A DNA stretch of 64,000 nt, from positions 194,184,001-194,248,000 of the forward strand of contig OZ024741.1 in assembly GCA_964016885.1 (NCBI GenBank), given 5' to 3'. The position numbers and the translations under genes are program-made. The DNA comes from Eledone cirrhosa. Taxonomy: Eukaryota. The notes beneath the pieces were generated by a model that was given only the letters and a program-made list of their open reading frames with translations, was not told the DNA's origin and did not search any database. Positions 50,037-61,649 of the stretch are shown here, piece after piece (position 1 is the stretch's first letter; each line of letters opens with the position of its first letter).

Positions 50037-50145
50037 TATATATATATACATATATATATATACATTTATATATATATATGTATATATATATCCCATCCTA
50101 GCGTGGAAAATGGACGTTAAACGATGATGATGATGATATATATGT

Positions 50146-50519
50146 ATCTGATGGTAGCTAAGATGCTTCCATAGGCGGTATGCCAGTTGAGCACTCTATG
50201 CTCTTACAGAGCAGAGTATGGTATAATATAAAACGAAAAATCAGTGATGCATCTGAACTCAATTTTTTGTGTGTTACAATTGTTTCGACGGCAGACAGCT
50301 CGAGACGCGATCATTATGTGGATCTGTCTGATTCTGGACGCGCAGGTTCGACAGATATGTCTAATGCTCCGAAATCATTAGATGTGTCCGTCGAACCTGC
50401 GGGTCCAGAATCAGACAGATCCACACAATGATCGCGTCTCGAGCTGTCCGCCGGCGAAACAATTGTAACACACAAAAAATTGAGTTCAGATGCATCACTG
50501 ATTTTTCGTTTTATATTAT
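50146..50519 (-). mobile_element. Fold-back palindrome P3 (50223-50519, 144-bp arms, 9-nt loop) plus tail 50146-50222
   Basis: The outer 65 bp are perfect and the inner 79 bp carry 8 mismatches. Contains the GAAAC-AATT-GTA hammerhead half. Confidence 0.8.
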
Positions 50520-50565
50520 CTCTCTCTCTCTATATATATATATACACACACACACACACATATTA

Positions 50566-50643
<78 letters not shown>

Positions 50644-50654
50644 TATTATATATG

Positions 50655-51514
50655 TATCATCATCATCATCATTTTACGTCCGCTTTTCCCTGCTTGCAAG
50701 GGTGGGACGGGTCTTATTCAGCACAGCATCTCTCCACTCGTCACGGTCCCTCGTCATCTCCACCGTGAGCTTCAATGATCTGAGGTCTGTTCTCACCACC
50801 TCCGCCACGTCTTCCTTCAACTGGCAATTCCTGGCACTTCTTCACCCATCGGTCATCCTCCATGCGCATCACATGTCCATACCACCTCAGTCTCCTCTCC
50901 CGTACACTACATTCTATCCCTCTCAGACACAGTTTCTCTCTCAACACATTTATGCTGGGTCGTTCACGCACATTTACACTGCACATCCAACGGAGCATGC
51001 TTGCCTCATTTCTCTCCAGCCGTCGCATATCCTCTGCAGTTGCTGCCCATGTCTCACTACCATGCAGCATCGCGCTCCTCACACAGGCATCATACAACCG
51101 GCCTTTCGTACGCAGGGAGAAACCCTTCTTCGTCAACAGAGGAAGCAGCTCCCTAAACTTCTTCCAACCCGTCCTTATTCTAGATACTATGGCCTCGGAA
51201 CACCCTCCTCCCATGCTAATCTGATCTCCTAGGTACCGGAAGCTATCCACCACTTCTATAGCGCCCTCTTGCATTTGAAAAATGTGTCTATCAGTGCGAC
51301 TTCTACTGTCTAATTTTCCTGTACATCTACTGCATACATATTTCTCCCTACCTGTTAGTTTGCCTGCTATCCCGCTACATCTTTTGTGTACCCAGGATCT
51401 GCATTGTGTGCATTTTATAGAATTTATGCCAGTTCCTTTTCTGCATATCGAACATGGCCATTTCCCTGACGGAATCAGGGTTTTGTCCTCTTTTCTACTC
51501 ATCAACACTTTTGT

Positions 51515-51516
<2 letters not shown>
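50655..51516 (-). mobile_element. 5'-truncated RTE LINE (family of 39704-42435)
   Basis: PHD and C-terminal peptides in ORF 50741-51565, plus a (GAT)n tail. Confidence 0.92.
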
Positions 51517-51557
<41 letters not shown>

Positions 51558-51566
<9 letters not shown>

Positions 51567-52002
51567 ATATTAATAAATGGAAAGTATATTTATAAAACCA
51601 TAATTATTTTATTATATATATTTCAAGGGCGACCAAGGTAAATTATGGTGCGCTTTCATCAGATAAAATACACATTTGTTTTATAAATAAATATTGACAT
51701 ACCCGGAAAAAAGACAACCTCAACGGTTGAAATTCGCTGGATAGTTCAACCGTTGAGGTTGTCTTTTTTCCGGGTATGTCAATATTTATTTATAAAACAA
51801 ATGTGTATTTTATCTGATGAAAGCGCACCATAATTTACCTTGGTCGCCCTTGAAATATATATAATAAAATAATTATGGTTTTATAAATATAGTTTCTATT
51901 TATTAATATATTGTATATTTACTTCACTATATTGTTGAGTGCTTTATATCAGTTATAAAAATGTTTAAGCTTGTTGAATCCCAACAAATTAAATATAACC
52001 TC

Positions 52003-52005
<3 letters not shown>
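51558..52005 (+). mobile_element. Fold-back palindrome P4 (51558-51918, ~174-bp arms) with a complete hammerhead in each arm, plus tail 51919-52005
   Basis: Inverted repeat with 2 mismatches, (TA)n on both sides. Confidence 0.82.
51806..51871 (+). ncRNA. Minimal type-I hammerhead ribozyme (mirror copy on the minus strand at about 51605-51670)
   Basis: tattttat-CTGATGA-aagcgcacca/tggtcgccctt-GAAA-tatatata^-ataaaata, with an 8-bp stem I. Confidence 0.75.
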
Positions 52006-52042
<37 letters not shown>

Positions 52043-52047
<5 letters not shown>

Positions 52048-53330
52048 GTAAGTATGTATGTATAGGTACATACATATATGTATACAGACGTACAGTAGCA
52101 TGTATATATATACATACAGGCACACATACATATATGCATGTATCAGTTTACCGAACATTTATTATAATGCTCGGTTTGTTCGTTTGTAAACAAACAAACA
52201 GCCTGAATTACGCCGTACAGTGTTTAGGCAACCATGTCACCTTTTTGTTCAACAGTGACACAGGAACGGTGTACTAGTTTCAATCTTATTAGCTATCGTC
52301 AGCACTGTATACCTTTCTGCCAGATGGTTGAACGTCCGAAAGTATATACTTTCGTTATGAAAATTAACGGCTGAACAGCCTAATTTGCATATCGAGTGAG
52401 TTCAGTCGGCCAGGCGCACCAAAAACGATAAATGGAATAGAATGAAACAAAATTTCATTTCTCACTCTTAGTACGGCACTTACTTAAATGTAAGTATGTA
52501 TGTATACGTACATACATATATGTATACAGACGTACAGTAGCATGTATATATATACATACAGGCACACATACATATATGCATGTATCAGTTTACCGAACAT
52601 TTATTATAATGCTCGGTTTGTTCGTTTGTAAACAAACAAACAGCCTGAATTACGCCGTACAGTGTTTAGGCAACCATGTCACCTTTTTGTTCAACACTGA
52701 CACAGGAACGGTGTACTAGTTTCAAGCTTATTAACTATCGTCAGCACCGTATAGCTTTCTGCCAGGTGGTTGAACGTCCGAAAGTATATACTCTCCTTAT
52801 GAAAATTAACGGCTGAGCAGCCTAATTTGCATATCGAGTGAGTTCAGTCGGCCAGGCGCACCGAAAACGATAAATGGAATAGAATGAAACGAAATTTCAT
52901 TTCTCACTCTTAGGACGGCACTTACTTAAATGTAAGTATGTATGTATACGTACATACATATATGTATACAGACGTACAGTAGCATGTATATATATACATA
53001 CAGGCACACATACATATATGCATGTATCAGTTTACCGAACATTTATTATAATGCTCGGTTTGTTCGTTTGTAAACAAACAAACAGCCTGAATTACGCCGT
53101 ACAGTGTTTAGGCAACAATGTCACCTTTTTGTTCAACAGTGACACAGGAACGGTGTACTAGTTTCAATCTTATTAGCTATCGTCAGCACTGTATACCTTT
53201 CTGCCAGATGGTTGAACGTCCGAAAGTATATACTTTCCTTATGAAAATTAACGGCTGTACATACATACTTACATTTAAGTAAGTGCCTTACTAAGAGTGA
53301 GAAATGGAATTTCGTTTCATTCTATTCCAT

Positions 53331-53332
<2 letters not shown>
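52043..53332 (-). mobile_element. Retrozyme-like tandem array: 442-bp monomer x2.75, one hammerhead per unit, plus an inverted 75-bp cap (53258-53332)
   Basis: Unit starts at 52043, 52485 and 52927. Hammerheads at 52267-52307, 52709-52749 and 53151-53191. No meaningful ORF; (TA)n on both sides. Confidence 0.83.
52709..52749 (-). ncRNA. Minimal type-I hammerhead ribozyme (best of three tandem copies)
   Basis: cggtg-CTGACGA-tagtt/agctt-GAAAC-ta-GTA^-caccg, with palindromic stem III ACTAGT. Confidence 0.78.
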
Positions 53333-54838
<1,506 letters not shown>

Positions 54839-54947
54839 AAAAATGGCGTAGACATTACAATACAATACAATAGGAGGAAACATGATAGTACCACTGATCA
54901 TGTTGCAGATGTGCAACAAAAGAACTTTGATAGAATATATATATATA

Positions 54948-55125
54948 TATATTTATATCTGTATTATTAACTGCTGGTCAATCAATGATAAATATTGATT
55001 GCCGAATAAATTAACTATAAAGATATAAAAGAAACAGAAGCGAAAACCAACTAAACAGTGAGTGTGTTCTGTTATTATTTCTGGCAATATTATAACAATA
55101 TGACCCTCCCCAAGTATAACAATAT
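54948..55125 (+). mobile_element. PLE-type terminal fragment between (TA)n tracts
   Basis: Similar to 16355-16500 and to the tail of the PLE at 15000-16190. Confidence 0.6.
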
Positions 55126-55145
55126 ATGTATATATATATATATAT

Positions 55146-55825
55146 GAAACCGGGGTAAAGGCACATATAGTAAGTACAGTAAATTTTTTGAAATTTATTT
55201 TTAAATGTTTTTGTTATTTGCTTTCCTTTGATTTTATATGTTCTGGCTTGTTAATTTATTAACTTGCCATTGAACCACACTTGCATACGGTCGGACTATA
55301 CTTGTATCCCTATGTGTATTATTTACATGTAGGAACACATACTTTTATTATTATTCTCCCCAATGGTAGAGAAACCTTTGGTCATTTGAAAGGCTGCCAT
55401 TTTTAGTAGCGAGAGATTGACCTGTCCACCTTGCTTTCAGTCTTTGCACACGGTACTAGACAAAATTGTTTCATCATTCATTTGTTGGGGCAGTTTTGTA
55501 TGGCGCCAGTTTGCATTTTGAACTCGGAAATCTTATATTCTCCGAGAGAGAAAAGCCTTCCGACGAGGATCTCTTTCTCAATGGAAATCCGCTTGGATTA
55601 TCTATCTGTTTTGGGATCTGAAACCGCAGTAAAGGCACATATAGTAAGTACAGTGAATTTTTTTAAATTTATTTAAACATTTTTTCTTTATTTGTTTTCC
55701 CTTGATTTTATATGTTTTGGCTTGTTAATTTATTAACTTGCCATTGAACTACATTGGCATACGGCCAGACTATACTTATATCCCTATGTATATTATTTAC
55801 ATGTAAGAACACATACTTTTATTAT
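55146..55825 (+). mobile_element. Partial tandem (~474-bp unit) retrozyme/pLTR-like element with a hammerhead at 55555-55636
   Basis: 55146-55350 is repeated at 55620-55825. Motif gcctt-CCGACGA-ggatctc/gggatct-GAAAC-cgca-GTA^-aaggc, with one core substitution. Confidence 0.72.
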
Positions 55826-55890
55826 ATATATGTATATATATATATGTATATGTATATATATATATATGTATATATATTTAATATAGAAAA

Positions 55891-55941
55891 GGCTTCTACA
55901 AGGCTAGAACTGTTTCTTTCGGGAGAAATCATCAGGAAGCC
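55891..55941 (-). ncRNA. Minimal type-I hammerhead ribozyme at a PLE 3' end (element about 55877-56135)
   Basis: ggcttc-CTGATGA-tttc/gaaa-GAAACAG..TTGTA^-gaagcc, with an intact core. Confidence 0.82.
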
Positions 55942-56260
55942 GACTGTCTAAGTAATATGGAGGTATTTATATCTTTTCTGGTGGTAGGAGAGGGTGGTGA
56001 TTGGGATGGGTGGAGGTCATTGGTTGATGGGCTTAAAGAAAAGGGAATTCTTTGAAAACTATATTTAGAGTAACAAAGGCAGAAAGAATTCTATAGACAG
56101 GTTCAGTCTGGGGGTGCCACTCCTCATTTTTAAGGTTTACTTAAGCTAACAATGCCTATGGTCAAGTGTCTACAAACACATTCACACATGCACACATATA
56201 AAGCCCTCACTCCCACACAGTAGCACAAATACACACTCTTATTCCTATATATATATATAG

Positions 56261-56454
56261 TTATGTAATAAACAACATAAGATAATTATTTCATTTACCA
56301 AAGATTTCACAAAGACAGACGAGCCTGACATAGACGTCTGACTTCCTTTGGTTAATGAAATAATTATCTTATGTTGTTTATTACATAAGTAAAATGCTCT
56401 GTAACCTACATAGAGCACTCTCTTTTCCTTTACCTTTCCTATGGAAACACTTCA
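56261..56454 (+). mobile_element. Fold-back palindrome P5 (56261-56388) plus tail 56389-56454
   Basis: The outer 35 bp are perfect and the inner hairpin is imperfect. Contains the GAAAT-AATT-ATC hammerhead half. Confidence 0.72.
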
Positions 56455-56466
56455 TATATATATATA

Positions 56467-57328
56467 AAATTCAAAGGGATATATGTATATAATTAGACAT
56501 AGTCACAGATACATATATGAATTTGGCTACCTCTCACGGTGTGGCTCAATGAAGAATTAATTATGCAAATAATCATTAATCAGAGCTATATATAAAATTG
56601 CAAGTTTGAAGAACTATTAGATAAAATATATACAGTATTTCCTCTCCCTAGTCCGTATAAATCAATCACATTAATAATCATTTAAACGAGGCTATAAGTT
56701 TAAAATGTAACTATGAAGAAATAATAGACAAATGATACAGACTATCTTCCACGAGGGACAGCCAGATAAAATTTAGCTAGTTATTTCTTTTAGCCCGTAG
56801 AAATTAACTAGACAAATAATCAACTACACGGAGTTAGGTATAAAATAGAAGTTTGAAGAAAAAATGCATATAAACTTTACCAAAATTCCTCTAGTCTCGA
56901 CTACCGGTAGTTTCGTTCCTTTTCTGTGGATATACCCGATCTTGGATCTATCCACGAGGCTTGGAACTTATCAAGAGACACCTCGAGTCTGGACTAAAGT
57001 TTCTAACGTGATCCCCGCCAGAAATGAATTCAAAAATGGCTAAGAACTATCACGTGGCTAGCGGTCAAGGCAGAAATTTGTGATAGGTTGCCAGTCGGTG
57101 AGTAGGCTGGTTGCTAGAAAGCGCAGCCAGATACTGCCTAAAGTTTTACTCAACCTTACGGGTGTATATATTAAATTCAAAGGGATATATGTATATAATT
57201 AGACATAGTCACAGATATATGAGTTTGGCTACCTTTCACGGTGTGGCTCAATAAAGAATTAATTAAGCAAATGATCCTTAATCAGAGTTATATATAAAAT
57301 TGCAAGTTTGAAGAACTATTAGATAAAA
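56467..57328 (-). mobile_element. Partial tandem (~706-bp unit) pLTR/retrozyme-like element with a degenerate hammerhead at 56894-56979
   Basis: 56467-56627 is repeated at 57173-57328. Motif gtctc-TTGATAA-gttcc..ggaac-GAAAC-taccggta-GTC^-gagac. Confidence 0.72.
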
Positions 57329-59217
57329 CATAATACAACTCATCAAAAGTGTATGTATAGTACATAGGGTAATGTACAAACGCCAGGAAAATGAACAGTG
57401 CATGAGTCATGATATACACATTTGTGCATATGCATGGAAGGGGGACATCAGGTGTAGTCTTGGCGAATTTCGGGAAGCATGAGGGTTTTAAAGGATGCAG
57501 TGTCTCGGCAGCTAACAACTGATGCAGGCAGTTTGTTCCATGCTTCAGCAACTCTAAGCATGAAAAATGTTTCCGAAAGTCATGGGAGCTGTGCTGTTTT
57601 CTGACTTTGTAGGCATGTCCACGTGTGTTAGACACTTGGAGATCAAAAAGATGCTCAGGGTTGTTGTTGGCGAGATGGTTAATAACTTTGTGGGTGTTTA
57701 CCAAGTCCATTGCCAGACGTCGGAGCTTCAATAAATCCATGCCCAGGGAAGCAAGGCGTTCAGAGTATGGTAGGTGTCTGATGGAGGGTATGTGCTTAGT
57801 TGCACTATCTGAACAGTTTTCAGGAGGTCAATGTTCTGAGCAAGAGAGGGGTTCCAGACTGATGATGCGAATTCCAAGTGTGGTCGTACCATAGCTGTAT
57901 ACAGCTTTAAATAGATGGCTGGAGAACGGCTAACAAAGGTCCTGCTGAGTGATGCCAAGACACCCTCGGCCTTCTTGACAATTTTAGAGATGTGCTTTGT
58001 CCAACGCAAATCGCTGCTGACAGTAATGCCCAGGTCACGTTCACAAGACGACTTCTTGATCTCAGTGTTGTGGAGGGAGTATGTGGACGCTGGATTTTTC
58101 CTCCCAAAATGCATGGTGGTACACTTGTCCACAGCCAGCTTCAGTTGCCAGTCTGTGATCCATTGCTGCATTGTGTCCAGGTCTGATTGTAGGAAAGAGT
58201 TATAGATTTCAGGATCAGTCCTTTTGATTTCAAGGTACAGCTTGATGTCATCAGCATATTTCAGTACTGTGGCATTCTTTAAGTTGGCATCTATGTCATT
58301 ACTGTATGCAACAAACAAAAGTGGACCAAGAACAGATCCCTGTGGTACACCAGATGACATCTCATATGGTGAAGAATGCTGTCCTAGAACCGTGACTACC
58401 TCTTTTCGGCTGAGAATGAAGGATTTAAAGCAGTTAAAAAGATCATCCTTCACACCCATTGCAGATTTCAGAGAGTTTCGCCATAAGTCTTTTGTGTGGC
58501 ACAGAATTAAAAGCCTTAGCAAAGTCAAGGTAAACAACATCCATACATGAGCCTCTGTCAGTGATCCGGGTAATGTCTTCAAGGAACTCGATAAGCTGAT
58601 CACAGCAGCTGGAGTTAGGGATAAATCCAAATTGCGAGGACCAGATGAGGCTGTGAGAGCTCCAGAAGTTCCAAAGTGTTTCTCTGACACAGGATTCCAT
58701 CAGTTTGGCAATACAGCTAGTAAGACTGACTGGACGATAGTTGATAGGTGACGTGCGGTTGCCCTTTTTGAACAGGGGAATGACACTGGCAGTTTTCCAC
58801 TGCTCCGGAGTAGCACCACTGTTGAGACAGTATTGAAAGAAGAAAGAAAGCTGGTGCAAAAGGAAATACCTGCCACGTTTGAGAAGCAGGTATGTCACAC
58901 CATCAAGACCAGGGGAGGCATAGTTGCGCTTATTCTTAAGGTGACGTCGCAGCATTGCAGGTGTAAATTCCATAGTTGTTATGGAATTTGATGTCAGAGA
59001 TGGTGGAGATGGTACATTCTGGTTTTCAACAGTAAAAATGCTTGCATAACACTCAGCAAAGAGTTCTGCGCATTCTTTGAGATCGTCAGTGATCTGGCTT
59101 GTGTGGGGATTGCGAAGAGGACCACATGGAGAGTGAGGTCTCTGCTTTGAATGTACATATTTCCAGAACACCTTACTGTCAGGATTGGTTGCTATGCACT
59201 GTTCAAATTCAATGCAA
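57329..59217 (-). mobile_element. 5'-truncated CR1-clade LINE (RT plus C-terminus, frameshifted)
   Basis: FWKYV, NYRPVSLTS, YLDFAKAF, SGVPQGSVLGP, YADD, RDLG and VRPHLEFAS motifs (ORFs at 58443, 57728 and 57288). Confidence 0.92.
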
Positions 59218-59276
59218 ACTTCTATCTTATACCTAACTCCGTGTAGTTGATTATTTGTCTAGTGAATTTCTATGGG

Positions 59277-59819
59277 CTAAAAGGAATGACTAAGTAAAAG
59301 TTGCTCGTAAAAGCAGTCTTTCTCTTCTTTACCTAGGCCTGCCTGGGGAGCATAAGCAGAGATGATTGTCAGTAGTCTCTTGCCTACAACTAATCTAAGC
59401 TTAATTATTCTATTACTAACTCTAACTACCTCCATTGTCTTATTGATCCACCTCTCAGCCAGTAATATGCCCACCCCACCTAACCCATCATCATTACCCA
59501 CCCAGAAAAGCTTATAACTACGATGTTTGCCTGCGATTAGTCTTGCAGAGGCACCTCTCCATCTCACCTCTTGCACACAGCACACATCCACATGCCTTTT
59601 CTCCAGCATCTCCGCTATCTCACCAGATCTACCTGTTAGAGTGCCAACATTAAGTGTGGCAACTCTGAGATGCGACGTCCCATTCTTTTTCCTGTTGTGC
59701 GATTGCCTGATGACGGTCGTGGGGTTCTCACACATGGCCCCACTACCGTGCACAGCCCTAACATGGTTACTGTTATTGCTGTTTACACAGTTGTTGCAAT
59801 TCTTATTTGTTGTGCTCAT
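59277..59819 (-). mobile_element. RTE LINE 5' fragment (APE N-terminus)
   Basis: LRVATLNVG, VQEVRW and ISAYAPQ motifs; overlaps in sequence with the start of the 39704 copy. Confidence 0.88.
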
Positions 59820-59834
59820 AATTTTGGCATTTAT

Positions 59835-60120
59835 TATACTGGTTGGATGCCCTTCCTAACACCAGCACCACTTCACAGCATGGACTAGGTGCTTTTATTC
59901 GTGCCACCAGCACTAGAGAGATTGTCTTACTGGACTCAGGGGCCCTATCCACCCCTCCATTTTACAGCATGGACTGGGTGTTTTTATTCGTGCCACCAGC
60001 ACTAGAGAAGTCGTCTTACTGGACTCAAGGGCCCTATCCACCCCTCCATTTTACAGCATGGACTAGGTGTTTTTATTCATGCCACCAGCACTAGGGAAGT
60101 TGTCTTACTTGACTTAGGGG
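59835..60120 (-). repeat. RTE 3'UTR remnant with a ~90-bp tandem repeat x3
   Basis: tggatgcccttcctaacacc motif; acagcatggactaggtg.. occurs three times. Confidence 0.75.
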
Positions 60121-60600
60121 ACTTCTCTACCCCGCACCAATTTATTCGGAGTGGTAGCTCTCCTAGACGAGTTGCCTACATTGCAACTTACGGAGCCTCC
60201 GTCCACCCCTTGTCTGTTCTATGATATATTCACAAGGGAGTGGTTAGCATACAGCATTGGGCATGTATACCGAATGTGGTAGGGGTATGTGATAACCCTA
60301 ATGGCTGATACATAGAATTTTAACACAGTTTACAAGTCACATACACACAAATATATAAATATACAACAAATACAGCCATCTTTACGAAAAGTGAGAGCTT
60401 TCACTTTCATACAAGCCGTTACACATACTATTTGACATAATTTTGGAGATATAAAGAAAGAAAGAAATCAAAACCTATCTTTAAGAAATCCACACAGAGT
60501 AATCAGACAGACAGTCCTATACGAGCAAGACAACCACTCTTGCCTCAAGTGGGAAAACTCCCGTTCAAACCCATGCAAGCATGGAAGATGGACATTAAAC

Positions 60601-60633
<33 letters not shown>

Positions 60634-60723
60634 ATATATATATATTACAAATACACACATATACACATATATATACACATACACATATATATATATATTA
60701 TACATATACATATATATATAAAT

Positions 60724-60775
<52 letters not shown>

Positions 60776-60780
<5 letters not shown>

Positions 60781-60984
60781 AACCAGTAAGACCCCGACAG
60801 CTGAGCTCAAGCCGTTTCGACGGCTAATTCTGGACTAAATGCAATTTAGTCCAGAATTAGCCGTCGAAACGGCTTGAGCTCAGCTGTCGGGGTCTTACTG
60901 GTTCCTATTACCCACTCTACTACCTCAAGTATTGAGTACTTTGGTGCGTTATGGTCCACCTGGTTCCTTACCACATTTCCTTCG

Positions 60985-60985
<1 letters not shown>
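60776..60985 (+). mobile_element. Fold-back palindrome P6 (60776-60908, 65-bp perfect arms, 3-nt loop) plus tail 60909-60985, inside (TA)n
   Basis: Perfect inverted repeat containing the GAAACGGCT-tgagctc-AGCTGTC^ggggtc hammerhead half. Confidence 0.82.
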
Positions 60986-61060
<75 letters not shown>

Positions 61061-61649
61061 TCCCTTCTCTGTCCCCCTAATATATTGTTTATACACTCAC
61101 AGGTTCTCTCACCTCCTCCCTCTCTCTCTCTCCGCAAATATAAAATGAATCTTCTCTGAGTTACGAATCTCACAATTTTTTGAATCCATATCCTTATCGT
61201 GCCGAAGGGTCGTTTTGAGAAATGTAATGTATTTTCACTCCATTTTCTTGTCTCTCCACGTTTTCCTGGTCCATTCTCGTATTTAATCACTGATTACTGT
61301 TATACTTTCTTTCAATTATGGTTGAATTTGTAGGATTATATTATAAAAATAACCTTTTCGTTAACTACCCCATATTCTCCCCACCCCCACTCGCCAACAT
61401 TACTATTTGGTCCAATCATAATTCAGCAGCTTATAGTATGTTTCTCTTACCAATCTCTTTCACAAAACCACCGCCTCAGCTATCACTCCTTAAGTTTAGA
61501 CCTGGTTGCTTTTTGATATGCTAGATGGACTATAGAATTCTGGAGAGTATGAAGAATCTGGACACTCAACGACAATGTCAAAGATAAAGATAAATTCACC
61601 TCATGTTGCCGGACGAGAATGCAAGGACTCCTCTTTATTTCAGACGTGG

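Noticed and set aside
50223-50519. The palindromes as pre-miRNAs or classical MITEs
   Set aside because: One-sided tails, hammerhead halves and homology to PLE ends fit retroelement fold-back better, and no transposase-type termini or TSDs are evident.
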